Notes: generated by a model from the letters alone, not told the origin. A stretch of 63,013 nt of DNA, filler included, from Octopus bimaculoides (GCF_001194135.2; 8 parts of 8 records of this genome joined end to end with filler, not necessarily neighbours in it), one strand, 5' to 3'; shown: positions 12,417 to 26,656, counted from the first letter of the whole stretch. A program made the numbers and translations.

Positions 12417-12949
12417 ATGGCAATCGACAGATGTTGCATTTGGTACAGTTTTCCACGATTAAGGAGTGTCGTGCTATCAGTCACTATTACTGATGTTTTT
12501 GGTTATTACATAATGTTTTTTTTTTTTTGGTGCTGTAATTCTTTGATTCGCTAGTACAATTGCTGTTGCTGCTGATGATACTACAATTACTACTTCTACT
12601 GATACTACTGTACTAATGAGTTATAGTTAGAGAAGCTAGAGGTGAAAGAAAAGTCAGTGAGAGAGAAAAAAAAAGAGAGAGGAGGAGAGAGATGGGGGAG
12701 AGAGAAAAGACGGAAATATAGAAGAAATATTTATTTTTCTATCTTTATTGTCTTTGGTGTTTTCATTCCAGAAGTGATTTAGATATTGAGCTAGAGTTTA
12801 CACATACACACGCACGCACATACCCACACACATACACACACATATATACACACACGCATATATATATTCAATATATAATCTATATAACTTTATGTGTAAA
12901 TATCTATCTACATACATGTATATATCTGCGTGTGCGAGTATATGTGGGT

Positions 12950-12988
<39 letters not shown>

Positions 12989-14988
12989 TACATCCATACA
13001 TACATAAATACATACATACATANNNNNNNNNNNNNNNNNNNNNNNNNNNNNNNNNNNNNNNNNNNNNNNNNNNNNNNNNNNNNNNNNNNNNNNNNNNNNN
13101 NNNNNNNNNNNNNNNNNNNNNNNNNNNNNNNNNNNNNNNNNNNNNNNNNNNNNNNNNNNNNNNNNNNNNNNNNNNNNNNNNNNNNNNNNNNNNNNNNNNN
13201 NNNNNNNNNNNNNNNNNNNNNNNNNNNNNNNNNNNNNNNNNNNNNNNNNNNNNNNNNNNNNNNNNNNNNNNNNNNNNNNNNNNNNNNNNNNNNNNNNNNN
13301 NNNNNNNNNNNNNNNNNNNNNNNNNNNNNNNNNNNNNNNNNNNNNNNNNNNNNNNNNNNNNNNNNNNNNNNNNNNNNNNNNNNNNNNTATATATATATAT
13401 ATATATTAAACACTCCGTTTATCTACCATATGTCTGTCTATCTATCTATCTATCTACCTATCTATCTACCTGTCTGTCTGTATATGCTTGCATGCATGTA
13501 TGCATGTATGTATGCATGTATGTATGTATGTATGTATGCATGTATGTATGTATGTATGCATGTATGTATGCATATGCGTGTGTATAGGTTTACATGCTTA
13601 TGAATATAGGAGTGTGTGTGAAAGAGAGAGAGTGTGCCTGTAAATATGTATGACTAAATATGTCACCTGTGATAACTCTCACAACAGACATTGTCATTTG
13701 TACTACCACCACCACCACCACCACCACCACTACTACTACTACTACTGGTGCTGCATCGGCATCTGCAACCAGTGCACTCTATTATGCATTGTTATAGCTT
13801 CAGTTGGAAAGATTGTTGCACCCTGCTGTCGAGAATGTGACTTGGTGTTCAGCTGTTGTTCGTTGCCGAGTAACCAACGCCGGATGATGTGGTCGCTGTG
13901 GAAGCATGACGACATAAAGCGATGCGTGTATGTTGCAAATAGCACGCGCAATATACACGTGAAGACAGGCACTGGATACATACATACATACAGACAGACA
14001 TCCATACATACATTCGAGTATATAAATATATACATACGTGTATATGTGCATATGTATAATTTTTATGTATTACAAACACACACCACACACNNNNNNNNNN
14101 NNNNNNNNNNNNNNNNNNNNNNNNNNNNNNNNNNNNNNNNNNNNNNNNNNNNNNNNNNNNNNNNNNNNNNNNNNNNNNNNNNNNNNNNNNTATATAAAGT
14201 TAATATTAACAGTTATGAAAACTAATTTGAGAAAGGAAATCAAAACTGGCCCATTGAGTAAGTCCCAATCAACAATCTCCTTCATTCCAGGAGAGCGTCT
14301 CTAACACTCTCCCTGTCTCTCACTCTCTCTCTCCTCTCTCCCTCTCTCATTCTACCTCCCTCTTATCTCTTTATCTCACTCTCTCTTCCCCCATCCCTTT
14401 CTCCAATTAGTAGACATAACTGAAAACTATAATGTAATTTGTCCGATGTCTGTTTCTAACAATACAAAGTATTATACCATTTTTCATTGGCTAAATCAAT
14501 AAATGGTCTGGACTGGTTATATATCTTTTCCATTTAGCATATATACTCATCAAGTTTTAAGTTCAAATCTAACTAAGTTCTGCATTAGAATTCTATGAAT
14601 CGTGGTCGAAGCATTAAACATTAATCAACTTCTTTCTTTGAGATTATCGATAATACCTTTCAATGTGGTACCGTAATCTAGTGATTATGACGAATCAAGG
14701 AATAAAACGCAACGCATAGATTAGTGAATTTTTCCAAATTGATCTCTTAATTAGATATTATCGATGTTTTATTGAGGTATGTTAATTATTCATGTCATCT
14801 TCCATGCAATCGGTAAGCAATAGATCTTAGGTTCGAGTAACTACAAAAATCGGTTCTCGTTTTCTGTCGTATGTCCAGCATGGTCAGGCTTACAAAGGGT
14901 TTATTTATGTAGAAAATCATAATAATCGTTTATGTATTGTGTGTGTGTGGGTGTGAGTGTGGGTGTCTAATGACTGAAACAGGTAAAA

Positions 14989-15030
<42 letters not shown>

Positions 15031-15777
15031 NNNNNNNNNNNNNNNNNNNNNNNNNNNNNNNNNNNNNNNNNNNNNNNNNNNNNNNNNNNNNNNNNNNNNN
15101 NNNNNNNNNNNNNNNNNNNNNNNNNNNNNNNNNNNNNNNNNNNNNNNNNNNNNNNNNNNNNNNNNNNNNNNNNNNNNNNNNNNNNNNNNNNNNNNNNNNN
15201 NNNNNNNNNNNNNNNNNNNNNNNNNNNNNNNNNNNNNNNNNNNNNNNNNNNNNNNNNNNNNNNNNNNNNNNNNNNNNNNNNNNNNNNNNNNNNNNNNNNN
15301 NNNNNNNNNNNNNNNNNNNNNNNNNNNNNNNNNNNNNNNNNNNNNNNNNNNNNNNNNNNNNNNNNNNNNNNNNNNNNNNNNNNNNNNNNNNNNNNNNNNN
15401 NNNNNNNNNNNNNNNNNNNNNNNNNNNNNNNNNNNNNNNNNNNNNNNNNNNNNNNNNNNNNNNNNNNNNNNNNNNNNNNNNNNNNNNNNNNNNNNNNNNN
15501 NNNNNNNNNNNNNNNNNNNNNNNNNNNNNNNNNNNNNNNNNNNNNNNNNNNNNNNNNNNNNNNNNNNNNNNNNNNNNNNNNNNNNNNNNNNNNNNNNNNN
15601 NNNNNNNNNNNNNNNNNNNNNNNNNNNNNNNNNNNNNNNNNNNNNNNNNNNNNNNNNNNNNNNNNNNNNNNNNNNNNNNNNNNNNNNNNNNNNNNNNNNN
15701 NNNNNNNNNNNNNNNNNNNNNNNNNNNNNNNNNNNNNNNNNNNNNNNNNNNNNNNNNNNNNNNNNNNNNNNNNNNNN

Positions 15778-15825
<48 letters not shown>

Positions 15826-15840
15826 GTATGTATGTATATA

Positions 15841-17121
15841 TCATGTCGTCAAGTATGAAATTTGTAGTAAGGTATATGATAAATTTTGACAGCTGCTCAT
15901 TTTGCGCCATTATTATATTTTGACAATCTGTTTTTTTTCGTTAGAAAATCGACACATCTATTTATTTATTCTAACTCATTTTGCACTTTATAAAGTATTT
16001 ATATATCGTTTATTGCTATTTTTGTTTAGAGACAGGTAAGTCGGAAATTCGTACAGTTTTGAAATATGAGTTCTTTCCTGGAAATACAGCATCACAGACA
16101 ACTGGGAATATTAACGGAGTATTTGATTCGAATGTTATTATACAGCAGACAGTAACAAACTGGTTTGCAAAATTTCCTTCTGGTAACTTTGACCTCACAG
16201 ATGAGCAATCAGAAACAAAGGGGGATAATGACGGCAAGAAAGAAAGGTCAATAATGACGAACTGAAAGCCACCATCGAGTGGCCATGAATTATCGTTGTT
16301 GTTTGCTGTTACTGAGCAAACAATATTGACTCACCTAGTTCAAATCGGTAAAGTGAAAAATTTGGATAAGTGGGTTCCACATGAACTCAATGAAAATCAG
16401 AAACAGCAACGTTTGGAAGGCTGCATTATGCTACTTTCTCGTCACAAAAATGAATAATTTTTTAATCGAATTGTAACGTGATGAGAAAGAGATCCAATAC
16501 ATCAACCGTAAACATTCAGCAAAATGGTTGGACAAAGACGAGCCACCAAAACACAGTCCAAAAATCAACATTCATCAGAAGAAGCTAATGGTGTGTGTTT
16601 GGTGGTTTGGCGCAGGTGTGATCTATTATGGTTTCATTAAAACTGGCTCATCAATCACGGCCGAATTATACTGCACCCAACTGGACCAAATGATGCAGAA
16701 ATTTACAAAAAACAGCCTTGATTAGTCAACAGATCCACTCTTATTTTATTGCAAGACAATGCAAGAACACACATCGCAAAAATGACATTGGCGAAACTAC
16801 AGGAGTTGTAATTGGAAGTACTCCATCATCCACCATACTCACCTGATCTTGCCCCCAGTGGCTACCACTTCTTCCAGAATTTGGATAATTTTTTGATTGG
16901 TAAAAAATTTAATTCCGATGATGCTGTGAAACCGGCCTTCCAAGATTTTATTGACTCTAGATTGCCAGGCTTTTACAGTTCCGGGCTGGACAAGCTACCG
17001 CTGAAATGGCAAAAGTGTATTGACAATATGGGTACATATTTTGATGAATAAACTATTCCTTGTATTTATAAAACATTAGGAAACTATCTGTTTTCTACAA
17101 ATTTCATACTTGACAACCTAA
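15841..17121 (+). mobile_element. Full-length defective mariner (D,D34D) transposon, 1281 bp
   Basis: 27-bp TIRs at 15841-15867 and 17095-17121 (24/27 identical), each flanked by TA. Transposase motifs WVPHEL, LQDNAR and HPPYSPDLAPS. Confidence 0.92.
16031..17051 (+). pseudogene. Mariner transposase pseudogene
   Basis: Pieces KSEIRTVLKYEF..WFAKF, DKWVPHEL, KKLMVCVWW, LHHPPYSPDLAPSGYHFF..GTYFDE*. Frameshifts; third catalytic Asp reads Gly (PSGYH). Confidence 0.9.
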
Positions 17122-17134
17122 TACATGTCAGCAA

Positions 17135-17181
17135 CAATTATAGTAATAATAATAATAAGAAGAAGAATGATGATGATGATG

Positions 17182-17250
<69 letters not shown>
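17135..17250. repeat. (AAT)n/(GAT)n microsatellite
   Basis: Direct reading. Confidence 0.9.
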
Positions 17251-17251
<1 letters not shown>

Positions 17252-17679
17252 GTGACAACGAATGCATGAGACCTTGATATTAGATAAATACAGGATTATT
17301 TATATATGTATAGTTTAGGNNNNNNNNNNNNNNNNNNNNNNNNNNNNNNNNNNNNNNNNNNNNTTAATTAATTAANNNNNNNNNNNNNNNNNNNNNNNNN
17401 NNNNNNNNNNNNNNNNNNNTATATATATATATATATGCATATATATGCATATATACATGTATATCCTTATGTATATGTGTGTGTGTGTACATATATATGT
17501 TTATACACACACACACACATATATATATATACATATATATATATATATGTATACATATATATGTATGTATCTATGCATGCATGTATGTTTGTATGTATGA
17601 ATGTATTTGCATACGAGCTAGGTTTCTATAAGAAGCCTACGAAACTCTAAGTCGCTTGAGGCTGACTCAAAGTGCTTTA

Positions 17680-17716
<37 letters not shown>

Positions 17717-18162
17717 TATATATATATATATATATGTATGAATGTATATATATATACTATATATTATTTACTATTTATTATTTAATTGAACGCCACACGT
17801 CCATTTCCAAATAGTTATGTATATACATTTTATGTATATATATATATACATATATAATCATGAATATGTATATATTATGTATATATATATAATTATATAT
17901 ATATGTAAGTGTGTGCGTGTGTGTGTACATTCACAATTTAACATTAATCTGAAAGCCAATTCAGTATTTTTTATTCGCGTACTTATCAATTTTTCCAAGA
18001 GAGAGGTTGTGAATATACCCACACAGATGCATAGATACATTCATACAAACACATGCGCGGGCATATAGACATTATATTCTATATATACATAGAAAAAAAT
18101 ACATTATATCACATTATTATATATATATATATGTTTATATATATATAACATCTATATATATA

Positions 18163-18195
<33 letters not shown>

Positions 18196-18302
18196 TTACC
18201 TAATATCGTGTGTGTGGTTGTGTATGTGTGCGCGTATGTGTGTTTGTGTGTGTATGTGTATATGTGTACATATTCTCATACATACACACACATGCCTTCA
18301 TG

Positions 18303-18379
<77 letters not shown>

Positions 18380-18886
18380 GTATTATACGTTACATATAAA
18401 TGCATTGCAAAATAAATATTGTGCGTGTGGGTGTCGTTTTTTCAGTGGTATTTTATATGATATATTAAATTATAATGAATGACATTTCTATGATATTGCA
18501 TTGCATGTTATATATATGTGTGATGTGCATGTGTGATGTGTGTGTGTATGTGTGTGTGATGTGTGTGTGTGATGTGTGTGTGTGCGTGTGTGTGTGTTCA
18601 TTGTTAAATATATATCGATAGGTAGTAAATCCACAGAGATACAGTAGAGTACCGGGAACGTGTTGATTATATTCTGTGTGGAAATTAAAGTTTATTACAC
18701 AGAAACTAATGAGAATGGGTCATTTGTGGATATATGCTGTCCGCCAGCAAAGGTTTTAATAAGGTTTCTTCTTTTGTAATTAGAACATCTTCTTTAAATG
18801 ACTAATGTCTGAGGTAGACATCCTAAGAAGACAACATCGGGTTGGAAATAAATGCAATTAATAGATAGGTAGGCGGGTAGGTATGT

Positions 18887-18921
<35 letters not shown>

Positions 18922-19022
18922 NNNNNNNNNNNNNNNNNNNNNNNNNNNNNNNNNNNNNNNNNNNNTTAATTAATTAANNNNNNNNNNNNNNNNNNNNNNN
19001 NNNNNNNNNNNNNNNNNNNNNG

Positions 19023-20099
19023 CTTTTCACCTGTATGAGTGTATTTGTGGCTTCTTAAGCAACTACTATGAGAGAAAGATTTACCACAGATATCACAGTG
19101 ATGTGGCTTCTCTCCCGTATGAATACGTTTGTGTGTAGTTAGGTTACCACAGGTAGTAAAAGATTTACCACAGATATCACAGTGATATGGCTTCTGTCCT
19201 GTATGAACACGTTTGTGTCTAGTTAGCTGACTATTTTCATAGAACACTTTACCACAGATATCACAATGATAAGGCATCTCTCCTGTATGAATATGTTTGT
19301 GTTTAGTTAGGTTACCACTGGACACAAAAGATTTACCACAGCTATCACAGTTATATGGCATTTCATTTGTATGAATACGTTTGTGTGTAGTTAAGTTAAT
19401 ATTTTGAGAGAATGATTTATCACAGATGTCACAGTGGTATGGCTTCTCTCCTGTATGAATACGTTTGTGTTTACTTAAATGACTATTTTGAGAAAAAACT
19501 TTACCACAGATATTACAGTGATATGGCTTCTCTCCCGTATGTGTACGTTTGTGTGCAGTTAAGTAACGATTTTGAGAGAATGATTTACCACAGATACCAC
19601 AATGAAAAGGCATCTCTCCTGTATGAATACGTTTGTGTGTACTTAAGCTATTATTTTGAGAGAACATTTTACCACAGATATCACAGTGATATGGCATCTC
19701 TCCTGTATGAATACGTTTGTGTTTGGTTAGGTTACCACTGGAAGTAAAAGATTTACCACAGATATCACATCGATATGGCTTTACACCTGTATGAATATAT
19801 TTGTGTGCAGTTAACTTACTATTTTGAGAGAATGATTTACCACAGATATCACAGCAATATGCCTTTTCACCTTTATGAATACATTTGTGTCTAGTTATGT
19901 CAGCACTGTAAGTAAAAGATTTACCACAGATATCGCAGTGACATTGTTTCTCTCCCATATGAGTATGTTTGTGAATAATTGGGTTGCTTTTATGAGAATG
20001 AGATTTCTCACAGACATCACAGTCACATGACAAATTTTGTCTCTCTTTTATAATGTCTTCATGGGAAATCAGTTCTTTAAGTTTCTCACTCTTCTCCAT
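19023..20099 (-). CDS. Tandem C2H2 zinc-finger protein (12 fingers visible, no KRAB/SCAN); 3' end lost in gap
   Basis: Uninterrupted 359-codon frame from ATG at 20099 ([10 protein letters not shown]..), with repeated [20 protein letters not shown] units. The ORF-track start at 20114 is a TTG, so 20099 is preferred. Confidence 0.93.
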
Positions 20100-20406
20100 T
20101 ATTCTTCTTCTCAAATTGCAATGTCCTGCTTTTCTTCTTAAAGTTTCCTCCTATAAATGCTTCCACTCTTGTAACTCTATCCACTGTTACCTTTCTCTAG
20201 CAATACTTATGTAAGTTTATCCATGTTTCATCAATGCACTATCTCATCTTCTTGACATTGCAGTCAGTGATGTTCAGAAGTTTTGCTAATAATCTCAGGA
20301 ATTCTATAACAGATTTAGAGAAACAATGTTATATAATTGTTTTGTATAAGATTTTCCTTTAGCTACTGAGAATGTATCTTCTGTTAAGCCAATGTTATTT
20401 GATATT

Positions 20407-20430
20407 CTGAAACAATAAAGAAATAACAGT
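20407..20430 (-). other. Probable splice acceptor of the ZNF exon (about 300 nt of 5'UTR before the ATG)
   Basis: Minus strand reads ctgttatttctttattgtttcAG, a polypyrimidine tract plus AG ending at 20407. Confidence 0.55.
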
Positions 20431-21253
20431 GTAAGACATAAAAGCTACTTAAAAAACAATACAGATTCAACAGTTAAAAAAGGACAATATTTTGGTAGAG
20501 ATATACTCTAGATATAAATATTTACCTGAACAACTGAACTTATCAATTTATTAACCTTTACATCACAGAATCTCACATGAACTTTACATATTTCTAGCCA
20601 TTCTTTAAATCAAACTACAGAATTGTGGACAATAACATTATTTTCCTTGCTGAAATATAACCCAACATGTTAAAGGTTCTACCAGCCGGCCACCTTGGAC
20701 ATGGAGAAATATTATGTTGCTTGATAGCTAGTGAGCTTTCGAGACAAGAATGGCATTTCGTCATAAAATTTCTACCTCTATGAAATTTGTTTGACCCAAG
20801 CAAGCATTCAAAATTTACTTTTCATATAACATGATATTCTGTTTATGGAGTGGTTTTTCCCATCACTGACCTCTGTTGGAGAAATGTCATCATCCTCCTT
20901 TAACTGTCCACCTTTTAATGCCTGCATGGCTCAGACCCTCACCTATTCCTTAATATTAATATTCCCATGCTTACTAGAAAGACTGGAAACGAAGGACACT
21001 GTTTGTATTATAGTGCATTCATGTACAACTGTAACATGATGCGAATGTGAGGACACAAAACACACATATATATATATACTCTTTTACTTGTTTCACTCAT
21101 TGCACTGCGGCCATGCTGGAGCACCGCCTTTAGTCGAGCAAAGCGACCCCAGGNNNNNNNNNNNNNNNNNNNNNNNNNNNNNNNNNNNNNNNNNNNNTTA
21201 ATTAATTAANNNNNNNNNNNNNNNNNNNNNNNNNNNNNNNNNNNNNNNNNNNN

Positions 21254-22150
21254 GGGTGTAAGGAACTGGATGGGGTGGAGTGGGAAGGTAGAGTAGGAGC
21301 GTGTTGGGGTGTGGTGGGATGAGCTTACGGTGACCCGTACTGGGAGTGTGTGGATGTTGCAATGCTAAGAATCGTGAGGCCGTGCAGTTACTGATGCAGG
21401 TATTTAGATCAGGACACGACGGAAAAAGAGAACAATGGAAGCTGTGAAGGCTGTAGAGTCGTGAATAAGACACGGAGATACTCATGTGTGTTGCACTATG
21501 TCGAGATGCAAGGAAAGGACAGGAGGTCACTAACCCGAAACGAAGTGCAAGTGCAAGCTCTGATGTAAAGGAACGAACTAGCAGGTGTGTTGGGCTGAGG
21601 CGTCTGACAGCTTAAATTAAGTTGGGTCCAAACGGTAACCCCTTGTGTCTCAAGGCCTGGCCGTTGGAAATGGAAGCCCTTCCGATAAAATTCCTAATTC
21701 AGGCAGATTACAATGCCTTATTTCACCCATGAAACTGCTACCCCCTGTACCTGAAGAGACGAATTCCGGGGAATATTCTCATTAACTGTCCAAAAGTTCT
21801 GGGAGAGAGTCGTTACGGATGGTGGTAAGATCAGATTGTGTACATCATAACCGACATCATCAGACGTGAATAGATGACTTACACGCATATAGTGTGAAAA
21901 CCATGAGCTGGTATGCCCGGACAATGCATACCTAAGAATAAATTCAAATACGAAATAGAAGCCGTTTGATTCAGTTCGAGTAGGTGATATTAATAAGCCT
22001 CAAAAATGGCGAAACATCGATGTCTATCACTCTTGAATGGGGATTGGGGTGAGTTGTCTCACCTGTACATCACTTTCAGGTGTTATAAACCCAGTGCTTC
22101 GAAGCGCCAGTGTTTTAATGGTGGCAGCTGATGAAGGATATGTTATCTAT
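21254..22150. mobile_element. Probable Penelope-like element remnant
   Basis: Weak minus-strand similarity (FLASRHSATHMSISVSYSRLYSLHSFHCS versus the PLE motif YL...S.HP..CK.SIPYSQFLRLRRICS). Adjacent decayed hammerhead, and a 26-nt motif shared with 47309-47335. Confidence 0.35.
21984..22030 (+). ncRNA. Decayed type I hammerhead ribozyme fold (core mutated to UUAAUAA)
   Basis: Stem I gtgata/tatcac, stem II gcc/ggc, GAAA, palindromic stem III acatcgatgt, GUC triplet; the core differs from CUGAUGA at 3 positions. Confidence 0.6.
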
Positions 22151-22293
22151 GTGGCCTGCTTGTTTTTTGTACCTTGTTTATCATTTTGTCTATGTTTTTT
22201 TGCAACGTCATGTACCCAGATATGTATCTATATGTACATGTAGATGAAGGTATGTACATACATGTATATATATATGCATATACTCATATATTG

Positions 22294-22324
<31 letters not shown>

Positions 22325-22780
22325 NNNNNNNNNNNNNNNNNNNNNNNNNNNNNNNNNNNNNNNNNNNNNNNNNNNNNNNNNNNNNNNNNNNNNNNNNNNN
22401 NNNNNNNNNNNNNNNNNNNNNNNNNNNNNNNNNNNNNNNNNNNNNNNNNNNNNNNNNNNNNNNNNNNNNNNNNNNNNNNNNNNNNNNNNNNNNNNNNNNN
22501 NNNNNNNNNNNNNNNNNNNNNNNNNNNNNNNNNNNNNNNNNNNNNNNNNNNNNNNNNNNNNNNNNNNNNNNNNNNNNNNNNNNNNNNNNNNNNNNNNNNN
22601 NNNNNNNNNNNNNNNNNNNNNNNNNNNNNNNNNNNNNNNNNNNNNNNNNNNNNNNNNNNNNNNNNNNNNNNNNNNNNNNNNNNNNNNNNNNNNNNNNNNN
22701 NNNNNNNNNNNNNNNNNNNNNNNNNNNNNNNNNNNNNNNNNNNNNNNNNNNNNNNNNNNNNNNNNNNNNNNNNNNNNATA

Positions 22781-22811
<31 letters not shown>

Positions 22812-23515
22812 CATAGACGGACGGATAGGCGGAGGCACAGACAGACACACAGAAAAAAGAGAGAAATATGAATTTGTATGTGTATATGTGTCTGTGTGAG
22901 CCATTGTCTATATGTTTGTATGTATGTGTGTGTGTGTATGTGTGTCTGTGTGTACTGAACCAACACCCAGATGTTACATCCTTTATACACTCGCGCGCAC
23001 CCACATCCCTACCCCCACCGCCCAACAGGCGCACACATACTCAAACGCACACGCACACACACATACATTTTATTGAAACCCCAGGTTACTTGTTATGCTA
23101 TCATATATACATGACAACAACAACAGCAACAACAACAACGTCTACAACTATAACAACAAAACTAACAACAATAGCAATGACACTTTCCTCCCCCACCCCA
23201 CCCCGTCAACAAGCTGTAAACATGAAATTAACTTCTACCAAGATAACAAAAATGTTTTTCGTTGTGTCTACATATTGTTCGGCTGCTGCTACTGCTGCTG
23301 CTGCAACTACTACTACTGCTGCAGTTGTTGTTGTTGCTTTTGTTGTTGTTCTTTATATTGTCTACGTTTTTGATGAAGGAAAAGAAAGGAAGCGATAGTG
23401 ACATGTTTGAAATAAGCAATTGCTTTCTTGGTGTATATATTATTCAAAACTGTTTTCAGAGCTTTTTTATACGTAATTGTTATTATTATAATTGTTATTA
23501 TTATCATTTTTATCA

Positions 23516-23559
<44 letters not shown>

Positions 23560-24612
23560 ATTATTATTATTATTATGTAATAATTACATATGTATATGTC
23601 TGTATGTACGTATATGTGTGCGCGTATACATATATATAATGTATGTGATTGTGACATTATATACGCATATATGTATAATTGTGCGTAAGTACGTACGTAC
23701 GTATGTATGTATGTACGTATGTAGCTATGTTCTTATCTATATATGTACGTAATGTAAGTATGTGATTGTGACTTTATATACCCATATATGTAATGATGGA
23801 GGCGTATATACTCGTATCTGTATGTTTATATTCATATATATGTAATATATATTATATATTATACGGATATAAGCAGTACGTATACACGCACATACACTCT
23901 CACAGGTATAGCAATGAAATGAATGATTCCCTCGAATTCAACTTATGAGAGTCTAACTGTTTTTCTTTTTTTCTTTTTAACTTTGTTCTCCATGACTCTT
24001 CTGAGACTTGAATCCAGCAAACGATCTACAAACGATTTTTTCTAATCCTTTAATTCCGCTGCCCACTACCCATCTCTCCTCCTTCCACGTGACCGGTGTC
24101 CGGCCAGCCATCATCTTTCTTTCTTGGTCAGACTGCCGACCGCCAACACCTCTCATGTTCATCTCCTATGTTCCTACCTGTAAGCTTTCACTTCATACAC
24201 GCGAGCTCAATTTGATTCGTTCTCAGTCGATAGACGCCTGTTGTTATTTCTTGTTTGTATTCCTAACTGTGTACAATGTTGTACGATTTTTGTTTGCTTG
24301 TTTATTGCTTTGTCTTTGTTGCCGTACATATTCACTAGCTTTCTTACAAAGGGGTTTAATGCTCTTAGCTTAGACTTTTTAGGAAACAACCAGATCAAAG
24401 CATCTCAAGTGTAACTGCCAGAAATGGTCGTAACTTCTGGAACTTGACTGAGGAAAGAAAGCCACTTGGCTGAGCAAAGAAAGTCTTTTTTTTTGCCTGT
24501 TCTTCTAATTCTTGTTTCTCGTGTCCACATTTGCATTGTCTATCTGTCCAAATGTTTTAATGTCCTCTATTGCGTTTTTCTTCCATTTTCATATTTATAT
24601 ACTCTTTTACTC

Positions 24613-25003
24613 TTTTACATGTTTCAGTCATTTTGACTGTGGCCATGCTGCAGCACCACCTTTTAGTCGAGCAAATCGACCCCAGGACTTATTTTCTGAA
24701 AGCCTAGTACTTATTCTATCGGTATCTTTAGCCGAACCGCTAGATTATGTGGACGTAAACACACCAGCATCGGTTGTCAAGCGATGTTGGGGGGACAAAC
24801 ACAGACACACAAACATACACACACACACACATACACATATATATATGCATATATACGACAGGCTTCTTTCAGTTTCCGTCTACCAAATACACTCACAAGG
24901 TTTTGGTCGGCCCGAGACTATAGCTTAAGACACTTGCTCGGGACTGAACCCAAAACCATGGCGTTCATAAGCAAGCTACTTACCACACAGCCACTTCTAC
25001 GCC
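24613..25003 (-). mobile_element. Near full-length SINE family B
   Basis: Minus head gtggctgtgtggtaagtagcttgc..gggttcagtccc (A/B-box-like), internal (CA)/(TA) tract, conserved 3' end. Confidence 0.85.
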
Positions 25004-25126
25004 TATATATGTATATTATATATACATACATATATATATATATAAATATAAATATATGTAAATATATGCATATATATATACATGCAAAAATATATATGTA
25101 TGTATATATATAAACATATATATATG

Positions 25127-25158
<32 letters not shown>

Positions 25159-25545
25159 TACACAACGATATTAAAGTCATCAGCTATTGTAAAGGAAACA
25201 ATATTTTTACGATGCATTCATTATATCGCCAAGAGTTCATAAGAGTTCTCTTTTATTATTAAAGCAATATTGAAATATTGAATTTATGATTTTGAATTTT
25301 TGTAATACATAAAAGATTTTGATTTCTGCTATGCCAGAAAATAAAAATTTTAAATTTTTAGAAATGCTTAGATAAATTCTTGTATTTTAATAATTTGCAT
25401 CAATAAACAGAGAAAGTAATAATTTGTTATTCATTTGCATAAAAAAAAATATAAGAAAAGAAATTCAATGATTATAATCATTGTTATATGGATTGGTAGC
25501 ATTCTCAATATAACATTTATGAAATAGTATATGAAATAATATATG

Positions 25546-25597
<52 letters not shown>

Positions 25598-26231
25598 NNN
25601 NNNNNNNNNNNNNNNNNNNNNNNNNNNNNNNNNNNNNNNNNNNNNNNNNNNNNNNNNNNNNNNNNNNNNNNNNNNNNNNNNNNNNNNNNNNNNNNNNNNN
25701 NNNNNNNNNNNNNNNNNNNNNNNNNNNNNNNNNNNNNNNNNNNNNNNNNNNNNNNNNNNNNNNNNNNNNNNNNNNNNNNNNNNNNNNNNNNNNNNNNNNN
25801 NNNNNNNNNNNNNNNNNNNNNNNNNNNNNNNNNNNNNNNNNNNNNNNNNNNNNNNNNNNNNNNNNNNNNNNNNNNNNNNNNNNNNNNNNNNNNNNNNNNN
25901 NNNNNNNNNNNNNNNNNNNNNNNNNNNNNNNNNNNNNNNNNNNNNNNNNNNNNNNNNNNNNNNNNNNNNNNNNNNNNNNNNNNNNNNNNNNNNNNNNNNN
26001 NNNNNNNNNNNNNNNNNNNNNNNNNNNNNNNNNNNNNNNNNNNNNNNNNNNNNNNNNNNNNNNNNNNNNNNNNNNNNNNNNNNNNNNNNNNNNNNNNNNN
26101 NNNNNNNNNNNNNNNNNNNNNNNNNNNNNNNNNNNNNNNNNNNNNNNNNNNNNNNNNNNNNNNNNNNNNNNNNNNNNNNNNNNNNNNNNNNNNNNNNNNN
26201 NNNNNNNNNNNNNNNNNNNNNNNNNNNNNNN

Positions 26232-26266
<35 letters not shown>

Positions 26267-26656
26267 CTTACAAACATACATACATACTTCAGATCCTAAC
26301 CTCCTATAAAGTGTATATTGATAAAATTATATATTGTCATTGTGGAAAATCTATTAAAGGCACGGTGTTCAGAAACTATTTCAAAACCAAACAGACAATT
26401 AAAATCTTATTATTGTCTTTTAATACAAAACTCCGAAGAAATTGATTCCATTATAATGGTAAAGTATATTGTTTGGTTTGGGGTGAGAGAGTGAGTCGTT
26501 GAAATTATTGTCGAATTTAATCTTGCTTGTGTCTTGAAAATGGGAAAATAATAAGTATATAAAGAATCTACTAAATAGACGTTTGAAAACTTAAAATAAT
26601 ACACACGCACTCACACACACACACATACACACACACATACGCACATACACACAGAT

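Noticed and set aside
17364-17375. TTAATTAATTAA islands inside N-runs (also near 18966, 21197, 29719, 39527, 47062 and 61484)
   Set aside because: At 17320-17419 it sits as 44 N + 12 bp + 44 N (100 bp), and the others look the same. It is a palindrome with stops in all six frames, so it is an artificial gap spacer, not biology.
19412-19747. Plus-strand 111-aa ORF opposite the zinc fingers
   Set aside because: An antisense shadow of the periodic C2H2 codons.
21751-21790. CUGAAGA followed by a hairpin
   Set aside because: No GAAA after the helix; the same applies to CUGAUGA at 22128 and CUGAGGA at 31822.
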